DNA of 64,000 nucleotides from Trichoplax sp. H2. Its lineage: Eukaryota. The notes beneath the pieces are model-generated. The model saw only the letters and a list, made by a program, of their open reading frames with translations, did not search any database and was not told the origin of the DNA. Shown piece by piece: positions 51,201 through 63,437 of the stretch. The translations under genes were made by a program, and so were the position numbers. Position 1 is the first letter of the stretch. Each line of letters opens with the position of its first letter. Location of the stretch: the NCBI GenBank assembly GCA_003344405.1, contig NOWV01000019.1:496001-560000 (forward strand). The letters are read 5' to 3'.

Positions 51201-54200
51201 AGTAGAAAGTTTTCGCCATTCAAGTGCAGGTTTGAATAAGCCTTACATGATTAAAATTAATTACTTATCGCAGATTCACAAAATTACTTAAGCTTGCAAT
51301 AAATGTGGCCTACTGTAGAAAGTTCCGTTTAGAATATATTTTTATGGCGAACTAACTATTTAAAGCTAATCAAGCAATAATTATGACCTACTGTGGAGAG
51401 TTTCGGATATGATATACGGTATATATAGTATTATGATGGACTAAACGTTTAAATGTAATTTTGTAATAATGATGACTTTCTTTAGACAATTCTGGTTATA
51501 ACGTATGACATATAAATTATTACGGTAGATTAATCATTTAAAGCTAGTTTTGCAATAATTTTGGCTTACTATATCGAGAATTTCGGTTATATGCATAATG
51601 TACGATATATAGTATTATGGTAAACTTAACATTTAAATCTAATCTTGCAATAATTGTGACTTACAGTATACTTACAGCAGAGAATTCCCATAAAATATTC
51701 ACTTTCGTTAGACCAGTGATCAGTTGTACTCTAATAATGTAATGATTGGTACTAAAAGAGTTATTGCTAATGTTAAAGGATGAATTGTTAACAATCATAA
51801 CAAAATTATTTTAACCATAGTAAATTATAGAAGTGACGAAGATGAAGGCTACGATACTAAATTTGCTGATGATATTGATGTAGATCGAGGTCTGTAAAAT
51901 TTATTCTTTAAATCTAATTTTTATTTTGTATTTAATCTAATAGCCATGTTCATTTGCTAGTTTTAGAAACAGATTTTGCTTTAAACAAAACTTAGTCTCA
52001 CCTATCAGATTATTTCGATTTAATATACTAACATTATCTTTTAAAGTTACCGTAGCTATAAAGTATATTATGATTATTGTGATACTTTGTATTCGCCTAA
52101 TTGACAGCGTTATTAAACTAAATTCAAAACCTTACATTAGATATTATCTGCAGTAAGCGTATAAAGGATATTATCGTTTTAATTCATTCTTCAGATCGTG
52201 ATTCATCCATGGAACAAGCGAATGTATCTTACGAGGACAGCCAAGTTTCCAACCATGTTTTGCGGTCTGTAGGAGGTGTTAGTGGTGTTGAAATTGGCGA
52301 AGAAATAAAATTATCCACAGCTGATGATATCCAAGAAAAAAGTGCCTTAAGTTTAAGCCCAGTTCAGCAAGATAGCGATTACTTTAATGACTCTGATGTG
52401 ATTCAAGACAGCCCAGGGATAACTAATGAGAGCAATCCAAATCTTCAATTAGCAGCTCAAGACTTGACACATACTACCAATACAGCGGACAGCTCTACAA
52501 TAAACGAAAGCGATCCAGAAAATTCTGCTTTAAATAAATTACACCTATCTGATGATCCCCTATTAATCTTAGAATTAGTTATAAAAGAAGCTGAAGTAGT
52601 GGAGGAGGAGATTACTATAACAAATGAGCCAAATGTTGAGATAAATGAAACAGAAGCCGTTGGCACAATCCCGGAGAAAAATCATGGCCAGAATCATTCC
52701 TCACCGATAAACACCTCTAGAAGTGATGATATAGCCAACGCAGAAGTAGCTGAAGATGCATTAGTAGGTTTTTATGAAGAAGATATCAGATCAAGTATTG
52801 AAGCTACGGCAGATATAAGCGAAGCCGCTCAAGACAATAATGCAACAACGAAAATGAATGAGAATGGAGATAATCTTTCCATCGCTAAGACCACTTCCAC
52901 ATCCACTACAGACCCTAGGCGAGTTTATAGCCAACCTAATGTTAATAATGTTGCTGCAGCTAAATTCTACTATGATCCTGCACCTAATGTAAAGAGGGAT
53001 CGCAGTGTATCGGATCTCCGGTGTACAATTTTTCCAATAATGAAGCCAGGTAGAGTACTGTTTTAATTTGTAGGTTTTAATGCAGAGAATTTCATTTTTT
53101 ATTGCTAATATTTTTACCTTTTCGATTCTTTCTTTATTCTACCGACGCTGATAAAAAACGATGATGACTATAGCTGCAACTGGATACCCACAAAAGTCGA
53201 TTACTATTTTAGCTAATAAAACTAATTGCTTCAAGTTAAAAGAAGCTCCAGGTGTCCAACTTACAATAACACCATCTTGCTTTCAGATTGATACCAGTGC
53301 TACTATATCTGTATTTTATGCCGATCCACCTTATAATAAAGGCCTGAATAGCGGATGTATTCAAATGGCTCCTATAGTTCGAATAAAATGCGATGATATT
53401 ACAGGGCAACAGTCAACACGATTCCCTTTTTCATTGCAAATTCCCGTGCCTCTTGCTGAAGAAATTTGCCTATATTTGTCAGTCAAGAAAATTAATGAAT
53501 TGCCTGTACAAATTTTGCATCGACGCCATGAGCCTGATAGTGAATGGGAATTACTGGATTCTAAATTTACCTACTTTGTTAATGATCATTCGTGCCCATG
53601 TATTAGTTTTAATATGCATTACTTTGCTGATGTAACATTTGTCTTGGACGATGTTTTATCTACAATGCAACAAATATCGCAGGATACATTTCCAAGTTTT
53701 CAGCAACACATACGATTATGGAGTTATGTCTCTTTACCAAGAAAAGGGTCCACTCGGTCTATCATGAAGTTGATTATCGCTAAAACTGGGCTGGGACATA
53801 TTAGTATTTTGGATGCTATTGAAAATAATCCCAATTTTATACCATTAGAGGCAACAGGATTAGATGATTTCGTCGTTCGCAATGGATCTTATCGCCTTCA
53901 CTTTGTACCTATATCTTCAGCTTGTGGGCTAATAGAAGATTTTCCAGTTTATACTGCTTTCGATTGGAATAACAGAAATTACTTTGCATTTGACATTAAA
54001 TGCCGTTTAAAAGATCCAGCATCTAATAATGGTAACTTGGGAAAATTATGTCTTTCCCAAGTCAGCGAGGAACGTACTGTTCACGAATGTAATCTGATCA
54101 TGGTAAGGTCGACCAGTAGAACTCAACAGATTGCCATTTCTTAAAAATTTTTAAACTTTCATACTAGGAAAAGTACTGGTATAGCTCTAATATATTTCAA

Positions 54201-54827
54201 TTTTTTTAGCCTCAAGAGGTTACTACTTCGCTGGAATTAATACAATCTCCACCGCCTGAAGTCGAAGGTTTGTCGTGATCTCGTAGTTAATCGGATATAC
54301 ATATGATATATTAATGGGACGTTTTCTGCAGATGATTATAGATCAAATTTATAAATTAAATTCTTTAATAATTTTTCCTTGCAGAAGTTGCAGGTGAAGA
54401 TTTAAAGTCCCATTTGGAATTTATTGCCTCCCAAAATATTGACTTGGACAAGTTAGCAGCTAAATTAGATAATGCGGTTAGGCTTAGTGAAGCCGGTCGT
54501 AAACTTAAGTCGAAGAGCGATAAAGTCAGAGTCCTCCTAAAGATTTGGAAAGAGAGTAATGAACCTAAAGCTAACCTAAACCAATTAACTAAGGCTCTAG
54601 GTGCTATGAACAAAGGAGATGTTGTCAAAAGAATCGGTAAGTTATAATTTAATTTTGTAGAGTCAGTATTACCGCCAATTGATTTTATCAATTAATCAAA
54701 ACTCTTCAAATTAATCTGTAAGCCAACTTGCCTAAGTCTGTAATTTTTCTTTCCATAAATTATAATAGCTGAAACACAAGCCGATCTATTTGCTCGCCGT
54801 AAGAAAGCTAAAGAAACTATTGTGTAA
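48212..54827 (+). CDS. STAND (NB-ARC/AP-ATPase) protein with acidic linker, ZU5-UPA-like region and C-terminal death-fold domain; 7 exons, about 1602 aa
   Basis: Exons 48212-50798, 51821-51889, 52195-53049, 53174-54102, 54210-54267, 54385-54636 and 54769-54827 join in frame (4809 nt). Walker A GLAGVGKS, Walker B LLIYDNAD, LLTSR, DLPLALSQA; ZU5-like GVQLTITPSCF..MAPIVRI..PFSLQIPVP..EWE; death-like KVRVLLKIWKE..LTKALGAMNKGDVV. An in-frame TAA at 48131 makes the ATG at 48212 the likely start. Confidence 0.75.
51290..51670. repeat. Degenerate approximately 90-bp tandem repeat, about 5 copies, in the first coding-region intron of the STAND gene
   Basis: aaagcta.t.ttgcaataatt.tg.c.tac core near 51290, 51363, 51451, 51540 and 51634. 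Confidence 0.75.
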
Positions 54828-56814
54828 GAAATGATTAAGTTACTTCTAAACACAAAATGGAGAACTGAAATAGTCAAGAGTGTAAATTTTATGTTAAAGA
54901 ATATTTGATTAGATAATATTAGCTTTATTATAAATAATTATATTACCAGATCTGTATGAATTTAAAGAAAGACGATATTTTCAATTTTGTGATCATATGC
55001 TTGGCTATAATCTACCTAAATTGATCATGATTGCTTTCGATTAGCATGTTTTAGCTTCGTCAATCATCATGTATAATTTATTTCATTATACAGTACATTT
55101 CACATTTTAGAATTTAATACTTTAATATTATGCATCAAGGCATTCTTGTAAAGGTAAAATCTATTTTCTGATCCTACACTCAAAATAATTTGTAATTGAT
55201 ACTTAATAATCTGCGTACGTCATTGATCTCTTGAAACAGTCTATCAAATATGAAATTTTTAATGAAATACAAGGATTATATTTATAATTTTCTTCTTCGC
55301 ATCTCATTTATTTCATTAAAATTGTTCAACATGTTCATTTTCCCTCAAGTAACGATATACTGAAATTAAGCAAATAAATTAAATTTTGCTATTAATTGCT
55401 ATGATAATTGTAAAAATGTAAGTAGCCAGCAAAGTGTATGTTTTGAATCATTCTTTGTTAGCATCAATAGCTGGATAATGTTGATATTTGGCGTGAGATT
55501 TTAACCGATGACTTCAATTTTCGGCCTGATTTGGTAATTTATAAAGTGCATGTATGCAATTGTTTCACTGCTGCTACTGCAGCCATATTTTCGCAAATTC
55601 GTATATTTATAAATTGATAATAATAAACGATATTAAATAATACATCAGATTAGTCATCAGCTTCAGATTTATTTTCCACTAATTGAAAATTCTCATAAGA
55701 TAGCAAATATCTCTTATACGAGCATTTCTTTATTGAAAACATTTATAATTTTCGATATTATAAACGCGATACAAATTATAAAGGATTAGTTAGTAAAATT
55801 ATGCTATCAGCGGTATGTTTTCTAGGCTACACACTTTATAATTGAATTGTAGTCATAATGCAAAAACTACTATATATATCATGTCTAAAGCCCGATCCGG
55901 CTATTATGTATAATTATATTATAGCCGGGATTCAGGCTTTAGCCGAGACATATAGACGTATAATGTTATTAAATTATGAAAATGAACTCAAATATTTATC
56001 TTGAAGCCTAACCCTTAGTTACTAAAGGTTGCTAAAGTAAGAATTTTAGCAGCAATTTAGGATGCGCTGTTTTTTCTAGCAACAAAATTATAGATATTAT
56101 TCATTGAATAGAAATATCAGGGGCGAAACCATCAGTAATTATAATCCAATTATCCTTATCAAGCCTAGAAAGCATACAATATACTATATAGTAGAAGTAA
56201 CGCGCATGAATTCAATGTGTAATAAAGTTCCGTCTGTGGTAATAGGCAATTACAATCTTTACTTGCGATTAGTTATTACATACTAAGCTAATTTTTTTGG
56301 ATATAAATTAATTATTAGTAACTGCAATACACATTTTTAATTAATATTTAAATAGATCTCGAACGTATTAGAAGTGGTCTAGAAATTTTTTAATAATACT
56401 ATTTATAATCTAGTAAAAGAAACTTGCTTTAGAAATAGTAGTATCGATATTTATAATTTTATTATTAACATACTACCGCTGCGAATGTATGCTTTACAAC
56501 TTGATTCAAACCAAGTCGTTAGGTTAATATGTTCTTGACTAAAGTTCATGACATTTTAAATACTATTCATTTATACCTTGTTTAATAAAGAACGCTTGTC
56601 ATGATGCTAATTCTGTTATGCAATCACATCGAACGCTACTATAAATATAATTAGACAAGTAACGTTTTAACTGACATAGTATCAGGTTAATCTTTCTGAA
56701 AGCTCATCTTGAATATGAAACTGCCTAAATGTTATCGATAGCCATAGTCGGTAGATACAATACCACTATAAGTTCGGATCTATATAATTTAACTATGGAC
56801 TATATATATCAGTC

Positions 56815-57270
56815 TAAAGCGGATTAGCTACGCTATTAGCATCTGAATGATCTACATTTTTCGTAACTGGATGATCTATACTATTAGAGTATGAGCGATC
56901 TGCATCTTTCAGAAGCAGGATATCCATGTTGTTAATCTATGAATGATTAGCATCGGTCGGAAGTGAATTATTTAGGCCATTAATATACGAACGAATTACT
57001 TATTTCGAAAGTGGATTATTCATGGAATTGGATGGATTATTTATGCTGTTTAGATATGAATGATCTGCATCTTTCGGAAGCGGATTATTTATACTGTTAG
57101 TGTATAAATGATCTGTATATTTCGGGAACGGATTATCTTTGCTGTTAGCATATGAGTGATCGACATTTTTCGGAAGCGGATTATCCACGGAATTAGCCAA
57201 TGAATCATACACATTATTTAGATATGGATTATTTGTGCCGTTTAGATAGGAAATGTCGACTGGAATCAAC
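56815..57270 (-). repeat. Degenerate 48-bp (16-codon) tandem repeat, about 9 copies
   Basis: The minus frame reads repeated D(A/V)DHSYxNSxxNPLPK units; later copies contain in-frame stops. Confidence 0.75.
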
Positions 57271-57463
57271 TGTAGTGATACAATAATATTCATATTATGT
57301 AGGCTAGCACTTGTAGAGTCTAGTCAAATGCAATGACTAATTTCAGGTATTACTCGGATGATCATTCAGTACCAATGTCATATTTTTAATTTTTTTATCT
57401 TCCTTAATAATTTACGTTATGAATGCATGATTTTATGTCTCAGAATTAGCTGCTGGATATAGT

Positions 57464-57820
57464 TCAGTCCAGGCTTGCAATAGCAGTGATCGCTGCTGAT
57501 ACCTTGGCTAACAATTCCTGACTTTTACATTGTCTCATCTCACTCAGGCGCATATAATTCGGTTCAGTTTTACATGAGTTGGAGTTGTCGGTGGTTTCCG
57601 ATCCATTGGCTAGAGACTTCTTGCCTTTAGATTCTTTGACCATGTTTAGGTTAATAGAATTTAGTTCAAGGTTATAAGGGTTGATGCCGTTACGGATTAC
57701 TGATGCTTTTTCTAAAAATTCCTGGCTTCTAGCTCTCTCACCAATAAGTGTTGTAGTTGATACTGTTGGAAATCTCTCATAAGCTGACAATTTCCTCGTT
57801 TTAAACGAATTTATGGATAA
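57464..57820 (-). CDS. Unassigned probable coding exon, low-complexity cytoplasmic-like sequence
   Basis: Open frame of more than 110 codons with protein-like composition (…KTEPNYMRL…); parent gene unclear, possibly an alternative 3' exon of the SRCR gene. Confidence 0.35.
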   Translation of the reverse strand, partial: LSINSFKTRKLSAYERFPTVSTTTLIGERARSQEFLEKASVIRNGINPYNLELNSINLNMVKESKGKKSLANGSETTDNSNSCKTEPNYMRLSEMRQCKSQELLAKVSAAITAIASLD

Positions 57821-58659
57821 AGATAATAAACTTAATCATAAATCAACATTTATCATTTTATTATTTATTACAATCATAGGTAAGCATAGTTAATTAAGTT
57901 TACTTTTCTGTCAATTGCAATTTGTATACATAATAAACTTGCAAGAGCAATGAAACATCGTGTCAAGACAAGCGAGCAGAATTTTATAGATACCGATTCT
58001 GCTTTCATAATAAGTTATGAGTCCTTAATTAATTACATGGTTAGGGATGATTTAATCGACTATCTATTACAAATGCATGTATTACCTTGCCACGATTGTA
58101 TTGCTACTGGGTAAAAATTAAATTAAATTTTCGGAAGTCCACAGTAAACTGTGAATTTTATGTTAGAAAATCAGTGCCACGTCAATTACTTCATGGATGA
58201 CGATAATGACTTGGTTAATTTAAGCTTTCTTTTCTACTATGATTACATTCTAAGCAGTATGACATTTTGCAGGGCAAACTATGGTACTATAGCTGAAAAG
58301 TTGAGTGCAAAATTGGAATACTTTCTAAACGCAGAAAGCTACAAATCTTAGATTTTGGTATTTAATTTACAAGTTGCAATACCTCAGCCTCTAATGAACT
58401 AATGTAGTGGTTTAAGCGCTGTTCTACGATTTTACTACTAATCTTAATGGCGATACTATCATATCATAGATTCACAGCCTGATATGAAACGGAAGTATAT
58501 CGTTACAAAATCAATGCTCGCGATAAACTTTCTTCGATGACTATGAAATCACTACCGCTATCATCAGACCATTTAGACAATGATAGCAATTAAAAAAAAT
58601 TCGGTTTCCGGCAATAAATGATAACACATGATTCTACATTGGAATGGTACCGCATGCAA

Positions 58660-58890
58660 TCTGGATGGTACGGCCTGATGAAGCAGTAGATGGTGCGAGC
58701 CACCAGCGCCATCAACATAATCTGATCTTGTGAAATTCAAACTGCATAATCTGCTATGCTTATTCGGTTTCCAGCTGTTCCTTCCAATAGCCGTTATCCA
58801 TGCTAGATAATTAGTTAACAATTAAATCTTTTGGAATTGGTTTTACTTAATTTCAGCCTGATTAAATTTAAATTTAAGGAGTGCCCTTTT
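58660..58890 (-). pseudogene. Degenerate THAP zinc-finger fragment
   Basis: WITAIGRNSWKPNKHSRLCSLNFTRSDY...LLHQAVPS matches the THAP C-terminal half. The zinc-ligand His of CSxHF is Asn, and no intact N-terminal CxxxxC is in frame. Confidence 0.7.
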
Positions 58891-59169
58891 GGCCTCTTTC
58901 CAATGAACTGAGAAAATCCTATTTATATGGCAATTACTCAAAAGTACGCTACTGTCTGCAATGTAATCACTAATTTTTCGCTTGAAGATTATCTAAACTG
59001 TTATGATAGGCTATTGTGCTGTATATATTATATAACGCGTATTATAAAAGTAACAGAATGTAAATCAACGATGTAGCTGCTGTTAGTAATTTAATTTAAT
59101 TTCTAATAATCAGCTACTGTTGAATAAGTACAGGCATTAAAATATCGAGTATTTTAATACCATACCTCG

Positions 59170-62100
59170 TCATCTCAATGATCCTCCTTCACTTGAGAGT
59201 TGTATATTATTTTCATGGCAAACGAAGATAGGGTTATTATTTTTATCGCTGACTCCATTTTCTAATGCCAAAGATTGATTGTAATTATTTGCTGGTAGCG
59301 GAATCATTAACAAACGCGCATATTAAACCCCAAATATTGGAATAAATAGCGGGAGTGTAAATATTTGCTAATAAAAATGATCATCAAAACATTTCGGAAG
59401 ACACATCCAATCTACTATCTAATTTAAAGTCTACTAGATGTTTCCTTACGTTAAAATAACTCAAATTCTAAGCAATCAACTAAATTTTTCCTAACAAGAA
59501 CTAAATATACCTTCATGAATTGATGTGTCACCACTGTTAGAATAATTAACTGATTCTTGATTGGCGCTAGTAATCGAGATGTTGCTGCGTCTTCGTGGGA
59601 AGCGATGCCGATATTTTCTACGATGTATTGACTTGCTTGTAGGATAGATCTTATTTTTTGACGTTCTGATGATAGCGCAAGTTATGAACAGCATAAAAAT
59701 AAGTCCGCCAATACACCCGGCAATGATACCACCAGTTCTTGCTGAGTCTAATATGAATATGGATAATATCCGTCTATAGATACTACTACATTTACTTAAA
59801 AAAGTGATAAGCAAAGTATAGTTTACATAAATTGCGCTATCTAGAATACGACATAGAATTACCGGGAACAAGCTCGGCATTGTTAATGGAAATCTTTGAA
59901 AGCATAAATATACTATTTTCAGAAGAGCGAAAAGAAGTTGTTGCTAGACCGACTACTTCCACCTGTAAAGTGCAATTAGTGATTTGTAAAGCTGATTTCT
60001 GATCCCGATAAATTTTGTTTTAATATTTAAATTAGCAAAGTACATTGGAAAAGTATTACAAATACGATAAATATTGCTCTGAAAATAGACTATTTGAAAA
60101 ACTAATAGAATGACTTTTATTATGACATCAGCCATAGCTGCACGAATTTGAAACTTACATAAAAATCTTCTTGCGCGAAAAAGTTATGAGATTGCCAGTT
60201 AATAGTTTTGTTCAATTCTAGATTAATAATCAGCATATCTAGAAGCACATGATTCTCTGCTGAATATAATTGGCGATATCGTACGATGATGCGATCGATG
60301 AGAACATTTTGTACTTGGAATGATATTTGAACCTAAATTTGAAATATATTGTTTTATAATAGGCCAAGAATCGATTAGGATTTAATTCTATAGAATGTCC
60401 TAATATGTATTAACAGTATAGGTCATCATTGGTGAAAAATAATTTAATTTCTAAAGGTGGCCATGACGAAACACAAGCTCTTACAAATGGAGGTTTTTTC
60501 ATATCATGCTTTAAAACAGGACTTCTTAGTATAGCTTCTAGCGGCTTCGTAAATTTCGGAGGTCTGATGACATAAATTAGGCTACCAACTACAGTGTACC
60601 AAATATTAAATTACGACAAAGATAATCAGTTGTTAACGTTAAATTAAAGGTAAAGGTTAGATAGTGAATCAATTTCAATCAAGATATGTTCGATCTGTGA
60701 TCTTAACAGATCGGCTGCAATTGTTAAGCTTTCAAATGCAACGGCAAGAGCTATATATACGGTAAGTTATTTCTTAAATTTTGCTTAGCAAAAAATTTAT
60801 TTTTCCGTAATGTTATGCTTATAATACCGATATTTCTGTCCACAGATGAAGGGATATAATGATTTCCAGTGCTTGGTAACCAAAGCCATGACCAATTTCC
60901 CATAGGTGTCCACTTACAGAAACCGTCACAAAATATGCAACGTGTAGCTGTATCACTGCATTCTAAAATTTGTTTTAAATGGATTAATAAGACAAGGTTA
61001 GATATCTTTTATGCAACATATGGTGCACATTCTGATCTTACACATCTCCGTTGGCTATTATATTATTAAATGTTATTTGTGGTTTTTATGAATCTGCTTA
61101 TCATTATCAATGTACAGTTACGAAAGAATGGTAGCTAAGGTAGTAAGTATTGCCTGAATTGAACTTAATATTTGAGTTTTATATTGATCATCAGAATAAA
61201 GTGTTCAGTAATTAATCTATGCGGTACTCTATAATTTTACAACATTAACTGTTCGTTGATGAAGTGTAGAAGACAAGCTGGGAGTTAATTTTAGTTTTTT
61301 TTTACTTTTTTAAACTATTTACCTGTTGCAGAAACTTCGTTTCCAGCTCTAATACATCGTAATGTTGCTATACTGCTTTTCGAACATGTTGGCCCATTCA
61401 TGGTGATATTGAATGAGCATTGACTGAGTGAAGTTTCATAACCGTAGCAATGTAGATTGCTAATGTAAGAATTTGGTACCACATAGTTCATTAAGGTTAC
61501 TAAAAGATGATAATTATAAAAGGATCTGATTAATCGCTAAGATATTTTTCCTTCACGTTAGGAGAATATTGATAGTTTATAAGAATGCAATTATGTGACA
61601 ACTCATAGTTGCAAAAATTGTAGTACACCTTTACCTGAGGAAGATGAAGCAGCCAAGTAACCAAGTTGACGACAAACTACATCAGCTGCAAAATTATTCC
61701 ATCCGACGGCACAAATAACTCCATTCCTACCATTTATTTTAATATTGACATAGCCTTCTTCTGGTTTACTACCACCTCTCATAGAAACTGTGAGATGGGT
61801 TTGCGGAGTGCCGACGATAGGATCTTAATAAAATTCAATAAAAATACGACGAAGTATATCACGTTAAAACGATATCGCTTTTTTCTATCCCTAGCTGCTT
61901 TACTATTTGAAAATGCCGCACAAATGCAAATCGATCACTTTTACGTTCCATAATATATTGTACTACAGATGTTAATAAATAATCAGTGCGGTTGTCTATA
62001 ATTAACTCAAATTTTAGCATGATATCCTACCCATAAGTGAAGGCCGTGAACAAGTTATCCATAAATCTTCCGAATGAGTACATTCATTCTTGCCCCATGA

Positions 62101-63437
62101 TAGAATGTGGCATTGGCCAAGATTACTTGCTTTTGGATTGCAATTGAAATACCGTGTAGATGTCCATATTTGTCCTCGTCCTGGATTATCAGACACTAAA
62201 GCGCAATTATTCAATAAAATAAATGCTCATTAAAGTGTGTTTCGTTGATCGATTTTAAAAGTAACAAGTGCAAATCCAACATATACAGAAATGGTATTAG
62301 TTTAGATGCTCATGCCAGTAACAGTGGCTATCATAAACTGATCGCAATGATTAAAATTATGAAAAAAAAATAATTTGTATGCCAAATATTCTTAAAATAA
62401 TCAAATGGCCTCTAATTTATCACAATATACTAAATAATGATCTAGACCTAAATTCTATGGCACTGTGCATTTTCAAATGTTATTATAAGCAATAAGTGTA
62501 CCCCTAGCTCCTAAGACTGCTTCGTTGTACTGATGGAATTAACATATTAGCAAGAGACCAATAAATAGACGATGCTATTAAGTTTTATTATAGTATTATA
62601 TTACTAACTTGCAACCGTGCCAAATTCGCTTTCATTAGCTTGACGGCAAATTACAGAAGCCACTAATGATGTTTTATTATTTAAGCATATTGTTCCCCAT
62701 TGTTCGCGATGATAAATTGCAACTCGGCCAGAATTTAAGACTGAATAATATTTGCGAGCGATCATAATTGGATAAATACCTGTTTCATGAACAATAAGAA
62801 TAGCAAGTATTGAACTATCAAGCTTTTATTGCAATGATTCTTACGCTATCAAATACTTAGATCTACAAGTTCAGGTGTCATAAAGCATTATGTCAAGAGT
62901 ATTTGAGCAAGCAATGACTGAGCTTTAGTGCGGCTTGTTAGCTTACTGCCTAACGGGTAAGGTGGAGTATTGACTTTAGGGCGTTTGCAAGCCGTAATAT
63001 TGCATGATTGCCAACTTAGATTGGATAAGGTAGTATAGCACCATGGAGCACTACGAAGGCCTCCAGGATTTCGACAATAATTAGAAGATAAATCATCATC
63101 AGTATATAACGACGAATTATAAGGGTGCGAGTGAGGATTCTGTGAATTCCAAGATTGGCAAGAGTAGCCCTGCTTGGTAATAGATGTCTTTCCGCGATAA
63201 CCTTGTCCTCGATCACTGTAGCAATCAGTTTCTAAGGAAAATAATGATATAGATCAATTAATGCAGTTGCTTGAATAATTTGATATTCTTATGTCCCTAT
63301 CTTGTCTTGTTTAATCATAAATTGACTTTATTTAATTTACTTTTACGTTGTGCTGACTTACCGATTGGATAAACAGAGACATCATCGATGAAAATGTTGC
63401 TGTTATATAGGTTAATTGCAATTCCGCGTAGCAGGAT
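59170..63437 (-). CDS. Type I membrane protein, 5'-incomplete: MAM end, kringle, SRCR, SRCR, divergent MAM, TM, cytoplasmic tail
   Basis: Exon 63437-63362 ..SNIFIDDVSV; exon 63231-62947 kringle CYSDRGQGYRG..CQSWNSQNPHSH..NYCRNPGGLRSAPWCYTT; SRCR GRVAIYHREQWGTIC..ASVICRQ and GVICAVGWNNFAADVVCRQLGY; MAM-like CIFCDGFCKW..EAILRSP; TM GGIIAGCIGGLIFMLFITCAII; stop at 59170-59172. Confidence 0.8.

Noticed and set aside
63016-63216. 66-aa minus-strand ORF in the track
   Set aside because: Wrong frame; the same bases encode a clear kringle domain in another minus frame.
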